A DNA stretch of 37,849 nt, taken from the NCBI GenBank assembly GCA_964493655.1, contig CAZBOY010000004.1, forward strand, positions 1 through 37,849, in the 5' to 3' direction. The notes beneath the pieces are model-generated. The model did no database searches. It was not told the origin of the DNA and worked only from the letters and a program-made list of their open reading frames with translations. This DNA is from Candidatus Woesearchaeota archaeon (lineage in GTDB: Archaea > Nanobdellota > Nanobdellia > Pacearchaeales > GW2011-AR1). Of this stretch, positions 17,302 to 25,460 are shown in pieces. A program made the translations under genes and the position numbers. Numbering within the stretch: position 1 is the stretch's first letter; each line of letters opens with the position of its first letter.

Positions 17302-17302
17302 T

Positions 17303-17794
17303 ATGGTATTGTTTGACTGGCCGATATTTACAGAGGGGATTTTACCTTTCTTACTTGTGTTTGTTTTGATATTTGCGATTTTGCAAAAGAGTAAGATTCT
17401 TGGCGACGGGAAGGCGCAGATTGATGCACTTATTAGTTTGGCGATTTCACTTATTTTATTAACTGTTCCTGTTGCGCGGGATATTGTTGTTGGATTAACT
17501 CCTTGGCTTGCTGTTGGAACTGTTGTGATTTTGGTTTTCTTTATTTTATATGGTTTTGTTGCAGGAGATTTGTCTGCGGGAAATATGCCTAAAGGATTGA
17601 AAATTGCTTTTGGGGTTTTAGCAGCTGTTTTTGTTTTTGGAGTTGTGGTTTATGTTACTGGGTTTTGGTCGACTATTGAAGGATGGTTTTCAGGAGATAG
17701 TGGTTTGTTTGCAAATATTTTTATGTTGTTAATTATTGGCGGGGCTGTTGCTGTTGCTGTTGCAACTGGGAAAAAGGGTGGCGATAAGGGGTAG
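17303..17794 (+). CDS. Paralogous multi-pass membrane protein 1 (FAILQK family)
   Basis: LPFLLVFVLIFAILQKSKILGDGK is shared with the two downstream paralogs. There are about four TM helices. Confidence 0.6.
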   Translation: MVLFDWPIFTEGILPFLLVFVLIFAILQKSKILGDGKAQIDALISLAISLILLTVPVARDIVVGLTPWLAVGTVVILVFFILYGFVAGDLSAGNMPKGLKIAFGVLAAVFVFGVVVYVTGFWSTIEGWFSGDSGLFANIFMLLIIGGAVAVAVATGKKGGDKG

Positions 17795-17837
17795 GTAATT
17801 TTTAAGGGGGATGATGATTAATTAAGGGGGAGAATTA

Positions 17838-17975
17838 ATTTATTAATCTTAAAACATTTTTGTAAGAGATTATACTTAATGTTTTGCAAAGTGTTTATGG
17901 AAATTCAACCAATTATATAAGACAAGGTTGAATTTCTTAAAGTGCTGCTAGGATAATCTCTATACTATAAGTCGA
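17838..17975 (-). repeat. Repeat family A, copy c (most diverged, inverted)
   Basis: Hairpin GAAATTCAACC (17900-17910) / GGTTGAATTTC (17926-17936). The flanks are alignable to copy d. Confidence 0.6.
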
Positions 17976-18072
17976 TGAGTATTCAGTAATTATTATAAAT
18001 ATTAAATTAAGGATATTTTTTCTGTAAAGAGATTTACATAAGTTTTATAAATAACAATTCTTTTAATTAATC

Positions 18073-18597
18073 ATGGCTTGGTATATGAGTATTACAAATA
18101 TATTAAACACTTGGGCTGACATGGGTGTGTTTGCTTATGTGATTCCTTTTCTTTTAATATTCGCTGTTGTTTTTGCGATTTTGCAAAAGACTAAACTTCT
18201 TGGAGATAATAACCCTTCTGTTCAGGCAATTGTTGCTCTTGCAGTTGGTTTGCTTTCCTTGCAGTTTGATTTTGTTTCAACTTTTTATGCAAATATTTTT
18301 CCTAAATTTGGAATTGGACTTGCTGTTTTTTTAGTGTTGATTATTTTACTTGGATTTTTTTATACTGGTTCTGAGGGAGAACCTAAAACAGCAATTAAAT
18401 GGATTGGATGGTTTACAGGTATTGCAGTTGTTGTTTGGGCTCTTTCAAGTTGGGACTTTTGGCAAGATAATTGGTCAATTTCTTGGTGGATACAGGAGTA
18501 TTTTTGGCCGATAATAATTCTTGCAGCAGTTGTTGCGGTAATTGTAGTTGTTGCTAAATCCGGAGATAGTTCAACAAAAACACCTACAGGACCTTAA
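18073..18597 (+). CDS. Paralogous multi-pass membrane protein 2 (FAILQK family)
   Basis: IPFLLIFAVVFAILQKTKLLGDNN. TATA-like box 25 nt upstream. Confidence 0.6.
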   Translation: MAWYMSITNILNTWADMGVFAYVIPFLLIFAVVFAILQKTKLLGDNNPSVQAIVALAVGLLSLQFDFVSTFYANIFPKFGIGLAVFLVLIILLGFFYTGSEGEPKTAIKWIGWFTGIAVVVWALSSWDFWQDNWSISWWIQEYFWPIIILAAVVAVIVVVAKSGDSSTKTPTGP

Positions 18598-19071
18598 ATG
18601 GCAATTGAATTAGCAGGACTTACACTTTTTATGCCTATACTTAGTTTTTTACTTGTGTTTGTTTTGGTTTATGCTGTTCTTGCAAAGACAGAAGTTTTGG
18701 GGGACAATAAATCTGTTCATCTTTTGATATCTTTTATCCTCGCTGTTTTTTTTATTGTTGAGGCATCTCTTGTGGATTTTATTAATTTTACTTCTGCGTG
18801 GTTTGCTGTTTTTTTAGTTTGTGTGTTTTTAATTTTTGTTCTTATTGGTTTTGTTGGTAAAGATGCTTTGGGTGCAATTACTGGAAACAAGGCTGTTGCG
18901 TGGGTTTTGTTAGCTGCGTTAGTAATCTTTTTTATAATTTCTTCTGCATATACATTTAATTGGGCTGTGAATTGGGGGGCTCTTTGGGACGGGGCTTATA
19001 CTGATTGGTTTTCAATGGGAGTCTTGGCTGTTGTTGCTGTTATTGTGAGCTGGGTTTTGGCTAAGAAGTAG
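18598..19071 (+). CDS. Paralogous multi-pass membrane protein 3 (FAILQK family)
   Basis: LSFLLVFVLVYAVLAKTEVLGDNK. The start abuts the previous stop. Confidence 0.6.
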   Translation: MAIELAGLTLFMPILSFLLVFVLVYAVLAKTEVLGDNKSVHLLISFILAVFFIVEASLVDFINFTSAWFAVFLVCVFLIFVLIGFVGKDALGAITGNKAVAWVLLAALVIFFIISSAYTFNWAVNWGALWDGAYTDWFSMGVLAVVAVIVSWVLAKK

Positions 19072-19104
19072 GTGGGGGAATTATTTTGGAGGGGGGAATT
19101 ATTT

Positions 19105-19235
19105 ATTAATTGACAAAAATTTTTGTAGATGATTTATTCCTAATGCTCTGTAAAGTCTTTGCGGAAATTTATCCTAAACATATTAAGATATGGATAAATT
19201 TCTTCAAGAGTTGCCAAGACAAATCAGTCAGCTCA
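19105..19235 (-). repeat. Repeat family A, copy d (inverted)
   Basis: The reverse complement reads GCTGACTGATTTGTCTTGGCAACTCTTGAA. Hairpin GAAATTTATCC (19164-19174) / GGATAAATTTC (19192-19202). It lies downstream of, and on the same strand as, the 19321-20004 gene. Confidence 0.75.
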
Positions 19236-19320
19236 CCAGCCGAAGAATAGTTTTAGAATTCATAAAAATTTTAACTTGTTTAGGATATTATAGATTATAA
19301 TAAATATGTGAATAAAACAA

Positions 19321-20004
19321 TTATTTCCCCCCGCTAATCTTCTTGAGTTCTCTGAAATTGTCAATCAAAGGGTTCATTAGTTTTGAAACTGTGTTGTGCA
19401 AACTATTGAGGTCTTTTTTTATGTACTCCCCTGTTTCTCCAAACTCACTTATTTTTTTAATTACTTCTTGTTGGAGTTGTTCAATTGATTGTTCAATTCT
19501 TTTTAATCTTTCGTCGAGGTCTTTTAGTTCTTCAAGTGTGTGAGTTTTGAAGGACGAGATGTCGCCGGTTTTTTCACTAAATTCCCTAAATTTTTCTAAG
19601 ATAACTTGCTCTGCTATTTCTGCAATTGTTTCTGTATCGATTTGTGGTTGTTGAGGATAATAAGCTTGTTGAGGATATGCTTGCGGAGTTTGATAATAAG
19701 CTTGTTCGTTTCCTTGTTGAGGATATGCTTGTTCTTGGGGTGATTGCATTTGTTGCATTTGTGTTTGTTGTTCTTGTTCTTGTTCTTGAAGTGCCTGCCC
19801 AGGCATTATTGATTGCTCCATACCTTGCATTGAAGACATATCTTGTGTTGGTTGTTCTGGGGAAACAGCTTGTTTTATTTTTGATTGACTCATTGCATCA
19901 CTAATTTCTCTTGGGGAGATACCTTCATCTTCTAATCTTTTTACTATATCTGCGTCTTGCAGTCCTTGATTCTTAAAAGCAGTTACTTTATCTAGGGCCT
20001 CCAT
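19321..20004 (-). CDS. Hypothetical protein: N-terminal helical domain, Q/P-rich low-complexity linker, C-terminal coiled coil
   Basis: 227 aa. It has QEQEQEQQTQMQQMQSPQEQAYPQQ repeats and a heptad-like C-terminus. Confidence 0.5.
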   Translation of the reverse strand: MEALDKVTAFKNQGLQDADIVKRLEDEGISPREISDAMSQSKIKQAVSPEQPTQDMSSMQGMEQSIMPGQALQEQEQEQQTQMQQMQSPQEQAYPQQGNEQAYYQTPQAYPQQAYYPQQPQIDTETIAEIAEQVILEKFREFSEKTGDISSFKTHTLEELKDLDERLKRIEQSIEQLQQEVIKKISEFGETGEYIKKDLNSLHNTVSKLMNPLIDNFRELKKISGGK

Positions 20005-20014
20005 TTTTATCTTA

Positions 20015-20407
20015 TTATTTTTTAGTTTTGATAGTTTTTATTTGTTTTTGTTTTAATTTCTCGCTAATCATATCCTTGACATCTTGTATTCTTGCAAAAT
20101 CCAGTGGCTGGAAATCTTTTAGCATTCTTTCTAGAACAATTACTTCATCTTTTCTTACAAAGTTTCTGGTTTCTGATAAAATGCTTTTTACAAGAGATGT
20201 TAATTTTTCTAAGTCTTTTTGTATTTTATTTGATTGATTTCTTAATTGGTCAATTTCGCTGGTTATTTGCTCTCTTGTTGTTATTAGGTTTTTCCCGAGG
20301 AGAAGAGTTCGGTTCTTGACTAATTTGTTTCTTTCTTCTAGGTCTCTTAGACGGGTGTTGAAATCTGCAAGCAAGAATTGAATTTGGTCTTGGGGTTGCT
20401 GTTCCAT
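20015..20407 (-). CDS. Hypothetical coiled-coil protein
   Basis: 130 aa with heptad-rich sequence. It is co-directional with 19321-20004 and divergent from the ATPase gene. Confidence 0.5.
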   Translation of the reverse strand: MEQQPQDQIQFLLADFNTRLRDLEERNKLVKNRTLLLGKNLITTREQITSEIDQLRNQSNKIQKDLEKLTSLVKSILSETRNFVRKDEVIVLERMLKDFQPLDFARIQDVKDMISEKLKQKQIKTIKTKK

Positions 20408-20484
20408 GTTTATTTATAGTGGGGGTGGTTTATAATCTTTTTTAATACAACAATAATTAAAAACCTAGTCTTCTAAATAATTTT

Positions 20485-22758
20485 ATGTTATTCAAAGAGG
20501 GAACACCGTTGTATTCTTATGAAACTATCCGGGAGAGTGGGGAGAATGTGATGTATATTAATTATCTTGGGGCGAGTTTTGTTCCGTCGCTGAGTGCGTA
20601 TCCAGAGGTGATGGCTCGGACAATTGATGCTCTTAGTGAAAACTTAGATATTTCAAGAATTGTTTTTGTTCAGCAGAGAAATTATAGTTATGATTTTGAA
20701 TTTGTAAAAATGCTTGCGGACATTGCAAATCTGTATAATTTTCTTACAAAACAGGAGAAGATTTTGTCGCAGGAAAAATTGCAGTTTGCTGCTGATAGGT
20801 TTAGTGAGATTTATAATATGATGAATTATTTGATTAGCACTCTTCTTAAACAAGATCCTGTGAAGGCTTACAGGGAGATTAAGAATTTGCTGTTTAAGGA
20901 AAAAGCAGATATTGGGCGCAGAGGTGGAAGTGAAACTTATGTGAGATTTTTGGAAAAATTAATTTCTTATTTTGATAATCTTGTGTTGATTAAAAAAGCG
21001 AAAACTTTGTTTGCGAATTATCCTGTTGGAGATAGAGAAATTTATGAGGGTATTTTTCGGGCAGATGTAATGCCTAATTTTACTTTTACAAGAATGGTGA
21101 GTGAAATACCCTCGGAAGTTGAGATTATTGATCAGTACGAGATTGCGAGTGGTGCTGATAAAAGTGTGGTTACAATTTACAAACAAAAAGATGCTGCGAA
21201 ACTTATTTATCATTTGTCTCCGCCGGAATATTCTCTTTCTGAAGATCATCATATGTTGCTGAATCTTGCACGAAATGTTCTTGTTGAACACCAGCCAAGA
21301 CAGGAGGAGTTTTCAGATTCAGAGAGGACGAGGCAGGTTTTTTTTAATGTTTCGCGTGATTTGGTGCAGGATTTGGCGAATACTAAAAATATTTCTTTGA
21401 CTTACCAGGAGTTGAATAATCTTGCGAATATTTTACTTAGGCATACAATTGGTTTTGGAGTTATTGAAGTTTTGTTACAAGATGAAAATCTTCAGGATAT
21501 TGTGATTAATGCTCCTGTTTCTCTTTCTAGGATTTTTGTAAAGCATCAGGAGTTTGATGAGTGTTCGACAAATCTTGTTGTGAGTCAGGAGGATGCAGAT
21601 TCGTGGGCAGCTAAATTTCGTATGCTTTCTGGAAGAGCGCTTGACGAGGCAAATCCGATTTTAGATACTTCTTTGAATTTAAAAGAAATTGATGCGAGAA
21701 TTGCAATTGTTCAGAGGCCTCTTTCTGCAGGCGGGCTTGCTTATGCTATTAGAAGACATAGAAGTAATCCTTGGACTTTGCCTTTGTTTATTAAAAATAA
21801 AATGCTTGATGGGTTGAGTGCAGGGTTGTTGAGTTTTTTAATTGATGGTGGAAGAACAATGCTTGTTGCTGGGACAAGAAGTTCTGGAAAGACGTCGCTG
21901 TTGGGGAGTTTGCTGTTTGAAATTATGACTAAGTTTAGGGTTATAACTGTTGAAGATACTCTTGAACTTCCTGTTGCTGATTTGAGAAAAGAAGGTTATG
22001 ATATTTTATCTATGAAAGTTAGAAGTGCACTTACTGGAGAATCAACAGAGGTGAGTGCTGAGGAGGGGATTAGGGCGAGTTTAAGATTAGGGGATTCTGC
22101 GTTGATTCTTGGAGAAATTAGAAGTGAAGAAGCAAAAGCTTTGTATGAAGCAATGAGGGTTGGTGCTCTTGCAAATGTTGTTGCAGGTACGATTCACGGT
22201 GCATCTCCTTATGCTGTTTTTGACAGGGTTGTGAATGATTTGAATGTTCCTGTAACTTCGTTTAAAGCAACTGATTGTATTGTTGTGTGTAATCCTATTA
22301 AATCTCCAGATGGTTTGCATTCGTGGAAAAGGGTTTTGCAAATTGCAGAGGTTAGGAAAAAATGGACTAAGGATCCCTTGCAAGAAGAGGGTTTTGTTAA
22401 TCTTATGAACTATGATGTTAATGCAGATAAACTTGTTCCAAGTGATGATTTGATTAATGGGGATTCTGAAATTATTAAGGCAATTGCTGCAAATGTCAAG
22501 GGGTGGGCAGGGGATTGGGATTCTGTTTGGGATAATATTTTGTTGAGACAGAAAATCAAAGAGGAACTTGTTGATTATGCAGAGAAAACAAAAAAACCAG
22601 AAATTTTAGAAGCCCCTTTTAATGTTAAATCAAATAATGTTTTCCACCATATTTCTGATAAAATTTCTGAGGAAGTTGGTTTGCCTATTTCTGAGAGGGT
22701 TTTCCCTGAATGGAAGAACTGGCTGGAGAGAGAAGCGAGAAGGTTATCTTTGGGTTAG
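20485..22758 (+). CDS. Type II/IV secretion-family (T2SSE; FlaI/PilB-like) assembly ATPase with a long N-terminal extension
   Basis: Walker A AGTRSSGKTS and Walker B-like ALILGEIRSEEA. The conserved ITVEDT and His-box-like GTIHG motifs are present. Length is 757 aa. Confidence 0.85.
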   Translation: MLFKEGTPLYSYETIRESGENVMYINYLGASFVPSLSAYPEVMARTIDALSENLDISRIVFVQQRNYSYDFEFVKMLADIANLYNFLTKQEKILSQEKLQFAADRFSEIYNMMNYLISTLLKQDPVKAYREIKNLLFKEKADIGRRGGSETYVRFLEKLISYFDNLVLIKKAKTLFANYPVGDREIYEGIFRADVMPNFTFTRMVSEIPSEVEIIDQYEIASGADKSVVTIYKQKDAAKLIYHLSPPEYSLSEDHHMLLNLARNVLVEHQPRQEEFSDSERTRQVFFNVSRDLVQDLANTKNISLTYQELNNLANILLRHTIGFGVIEVLLQDENLQDIVINAPVSLSRIFVKHQEFDECSTNLVVSQEDADSWAAKFRMLSGRALDEANPILDTSLNLKEIDARIAIVQRPLSAGGLAYAIRRHRSNPWTLPLFIKNKMLDGLSAGLLSFLIDGGRTMLVAGTRSSGKTSLLGSLLFEIMTKFRVITVEDTLELPVADLRKEGYDILSMKVRSALTGESTEVSAEEGIRASLRLGDSALILGEIRSEEAKALYEAMRVGALANVVAGTIHGASPYAVFDRVVNDLNVPVTSFKATDCIVVCNPIKSPDGLHSWKRVLQIAEVRKKWTKDPLQEEGFVNLMNYDVNADKLVPSDDLINGDSEIIKAIAANVKGWAGDWDSVWDNILLRQKIKEELVDYAEKTKKPEILEAPFNVKSNNVFHHISDKISEEVGLPISERVFPEWKNWLEREARRLSLG

Positions 22759-22791
22759 AACTTCGAGGAGTTTTTGAGGGAGTGGTTGTGA

Positions 22792-22947
22792 TTATTTTTT
22801 TGATTTTGCGATTCCTAATCTTAATCTAATTGCTTCAGAAATAAGTTCAGCTCTTGAGCGATAACCCTCTTTTGCTTTCTCTATAAATTCATCTATTTTC
22901 TTGGCAAGTTCTTCTGTTATTGAAATGTTGACATATTTTACTCTCAT
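22792..22947 (-). CDS. Ribbon-helix-helix (CopG-like) DNA-binding protein (51 aa, not in the ORF track)
   Basis: Read manually on the minus strand: MRVKYVNISITEELAKKIDEFIEKAKEGYRSRAELISEAIRLRLGIAKSKK. It follows the RHH pattern of a beta strand followed by two helices. Confidence 0.6.
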   Translation of the reverse strand: MRVKYVNISITEELAKKIDEFIEKAKEGYRSRAELISEAIRLRLGIAKSKK

Positions 22948-23004
22948 TTGCTTTCATTTACAGGTGAGCGAAAGACTTATATATCATTTTTCACGCATAG
23001 GTGA

Positions 23005-23232
23005 ATGATAAAAAATAAGAAAGCTGGAGCCGGGGCAGTAATTGTCATAATCCTTTTAATTTTATTAGCTATCGCTGCTTATTTTATTATTAAAGGTGGA
23101 GCTGTAGAACAAGCTATAGATCCCTGTGAAAGAGAGTTTCAAAATTGTAATCATGGTTGTGGTGAAGGAATACTAAGTAGTGTTTGTAAAGAAAAATGCT
23201 CATATGATTATAGGAAGTGTCAGAATGGGTAA
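23005..23232 (+). CDS. Small Cys-rich protein with a class III-like signal/anchor
   Basis: MIKNKKAGAGAVIVIILLILLAIAAYFII is followed by an 8-Cys ectodomain. TATA-like box 25 nt upstream. Confidence 0.5.
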   Translation: MIKNKKAGAGAVIVIILLILLAIAAYFIIKGGAVEQAIDPCEREFQNCNHGCGEGILSSVCKEKCSYDYRKCQNG

Positions 23233-23464
23233 AAAGAAAAACCCATTAGAGATTATTGGTATAATCTTAATTATTTTAGGGGTATTAATAATTTTGTCTG
23301 CATTTCCTTTATTTCAACAAACATTTTTTCCGGGAATTGAAACTCTTGCTGAAAAAGTTCCTTCAATAAGTGCTACTAGAATAATCATAGGTTTTGTAAT
23401 ATCTATTTTAGGATTAGTTACTTATTTAGGAGAAAAAGGATTAAAAATTTTGATAGGAAAATAA
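23225..23464 (+). CDS. Small 2-TM membrane protein
   Basis: MGKKKNPLEIIGIILIILGVLIILSAF... It overlaps the upstream gene by 8 nt. Confidence 0.45.
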   Translation: MGKKKNPLEIIGIILIILGVLIILSAFPLFQQTFFPGIETLAEKVPSISATRIIIGFVISILGLVTYLGEKGLKILIGK

Positions 23465-23466
23465 AA

Positions 23467-24033
23467 ATGAAAAATAAACACTTTTGGTATATCCTCGGGG
23501 GGATTGTGATTGCAACTTTAATTTTATTAATTATTTTTGCTAATGTAAACAAACAACCCAATTGTAAAATTATTCAAACTCCTTATGAAGAACAAGAATC
23601 ATATATTGATTATGAAACTTATAACGAACAAAATTGTGAAGAATCTCCTTTAACTTATACGACTCGTCCAGGAGATATTAGGTTACAGGGAGGAAGATGG
23701 GGGGACGATTCCTGTTCAAAAAATGGACTTAACCAATGTCTTATTGTTTGGGATGTTATCATTAAAAATACTGATACACGGGGTGGGGAATTCTATATGT
23801 ATTGTATCTATTCAGATGGCTCAACTTATAAGGCAACGAGACCTTCTTGGATTGATCCTGGAGAAGAAGAATCTATGCAATGTTTTAATACTTTTTCTTC
23901 AGGAGAACTTTACATACAAGATACAAAAGTATTTCCCCCAAATAAGGAAGAATGTTTAACTACCTCTCAACAAAGACCTATTACAAAATACAGAACAATT
24001 ACTAAGTATAAAGAAGAAACCGTTTGTGATTAA
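23467..24033 (+). CDS. N-terminally anchored extracellular protein
   Basis: 188 aa with a single N-terminal TM (WYILGGIVIATLILLIIFA) and a Cys-containing ectodomain. Confidence 0.5.
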   Translation: MKNKHFWYILGGIVIATLILLIIFANVNKQPNCKIIQTPYEEQESYIDYETYNEQNCEESPLTYTTRPGDIRLQGGRWGDDSCSKNGLNQCLIVWDVIIKNTDTRGGEFYMYCIYSDGSTYKATRPSWIDPGEEESMQCFNTFSSGELYIQDTKVFPPNKEECLTTSQQRPITKYRTITKYKEETVCD

Positions 24034-24034
24034 A

Positions 24035-24301
24035 ATGACTTTTAAGAAAGGATTTTGGCATAGATATTATAAAGCAAAAAGATTATCTGGAGAAAAATTT
24101 TTCAAAAATAGATTTAAAAATATTGAGATGGTTATTTTTGCTTTCTTAGTAGCAATTGTTCTCTCTTTTGCAGATGATTTATTTATCTTTAATAGAGGAC
24201 TAAATCCCTCAACTAAAACAAAATTTTTGGTTGTAATTTTTATAATATCTGTTCAATTATATAGACATTTTTTATATAAGAAATATTATCCTAAGGTTTA
24301 A
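24035..24301 (+). CDS. Small basic membrane protein
   Basis: Basic N-terminus followed by two hydrophobic helices. Confidence 0.4.
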   Translation: MTFKKGFWHRYYKAKRLSGEKFFKNRFKNIEMVIFAFLVAIVLSFADDLFIFNRGLNPSTKTKFLVVIFIISVQLYRHFLYKKYYPKV

Positions 24302-24304
24302 ATT

Positions 24305-24410
24305 TGTCCCAAAAACAAGACTTAAGTCCAAAAAATGAGACAAGATTAAGAGAAAGGTTTAAATAATCTTTTTGTCTCAAAAAAGGGACTTAAGTCTATA
24401 AAATGGGACA
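24305..24410. promoter_or_regulatory. Two copies of a 38-bp composite palindrome TGTCyC-N8-GACTTAAGTC-N8-GrGACA (candidate operator)
   Basis: The perfect 10-bp palindrome GACTTAAGTC occurs at 24319-24328 and 24387-24396. The second unit overlaps the ATG (24403) of the HTH-NTase gene. The TATA-like GGTTTAAATAAT lies between the two units. Confidence 0.55.
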
Positions 24411-24900
24411 GAATGTTGATAAGATTTTAGAGGTTTTTTACGAAAATCCTGGAAAGAGTTTTACTGTTCGAGAGTTGACTAAACTGACTAAAGTTCCTCG
24501 GGCAACTCTTCATAAAAAACTTTTGGATTTGAAAAAACAGAGATTGATTACAAAGGAGAACAAAGCAGAGAGTAATTTGTTGTTTGAAGCAAAGAAAATT
24601 AATTATTTTATCGAAAAAGTTATTGATTCTGGTTTGATGGATGAACTAATTAAAAATCTTAATCCTTCTGCGATTGTTTTGTTTGGGGGGATTAGGAAAG
24701 GAGAATCTGACAAAGAAAGTGATATTGATTTATTTGTTGAGAGTTCGATTGAAAAGGAATTAGATTTGAGTAATTTTGAGAAAAAACTGAAACATAAGAT
24801 TGATTTGTTTGTTAAACCAAGTATTAAGAATTTTCATGAGGGTTTATTTAATAATATTCTTAATGGGATTAAATTATATGGGAGTATTAAGATAAAATGA
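24403..24900 (+). CDS. wHTH-fused nucleotidyltransferase (MNT-like antitoxin)
   Basis: N-terminal wHTH (FTVRELTKLTKVPRATLHKKLLDLKKQRLI). NTase motif in VLFGGIRKGESDKESDIDLFVE. Confidence 0.7.
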   Translation: MGQNVDKILEVFYENPGKSFTVRELTKLTKVPRATLHKKLLDLKKQRLITKENKAESNLLFEAKKINYFIEKVIDSGLMDELIKNLNPSAIVLFGGIRKGESDKESDIDLFVESSIEKELDLSNFEKKLKHKIDLFVKPSIKNFHEGLFNNILNGIKLYGSIKIK

Positions 24901-25322
24901 ATTTGATGCCTTGGGAATTATGTGAAAGAGATTTTATTAAAATTGTAAAGAGGGATGATGAACGAATTAAGACAATAATCAAGATGGCTTTGAAGAGGTT
25001 AGATAAAATTAAGAGATATAAAATGGAAGATGAGATTTCTTTTATTGTAGAAGATTATTATGAGATTATAAAAGAACTTTTAGTGGCTTATTTACTTAAA
25101 AATGGATTGAGATCAAAAAACCATCAGTGTTTGATTAGTTATTTTTATAAGAAAAATCCTCAATATGAAAGAGAGGTCCAGATTATTTCTCAGATGAGTT
25201 ATTTTAGGAACCGATTGAATTATTATGGGGATGCTATTCCAAAAAAGTTTTATGAAACTCATGAGAAAGAGTTTAAGAAGATAATTAAATTGTTATTTGG
25301 GGTTTTAGAGGTGAAGGGATGA
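24897..25322 (+). CDS. HEPN-domain protein (toxin partner)
   Basis: It overlaps the NTase gene by 4 nt. The protein is all-helical and has the YFRNRLNYYG motif typical of HEPN partners of NTases. Confidence 0.6.
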   Translation: MNLMPWELCERDFIKIVKRDDERIKTIIKMALKRLDKIKRYKMEDEISFIVEDYYEIIKELLVAYLLKNGLRSKNHQCLISYFYKKNPQYEREVQIISQMSYFRNRLNYYGDAIPKKFYETHEKEFKKIIKLLFGVLEVKG

Positions 25323-25345
25323 ATATAGAAAAAAAGAGTATATAC

Positions 25346-25432
25346 AAAACCAAAAGAAGTCCCGCCCAAAAGCTCCTTTTAGTCGCTCCCACCCTATTTG
25401 TCGAAGCAAAGCTTCGATGTTCTTTTGGTTTT
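25346..25432. repeat. Structured inverted repeat: 13-bp outer stem enclosing an inner hairpin
   Basis: AAAACCAAAAGAA (25346-25358) pairs with TTCTTTTGGTTTT (25420-25432). The inner hairpin is TCGAAGC-AAA-GCTTCGA (25401-25417). The CCCGCCC block is also seen at 32780. Confidence 0.6.
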
Positions 25433-25460
25433 AAGGTAATTAAATTTTCTTTTTTACAAA

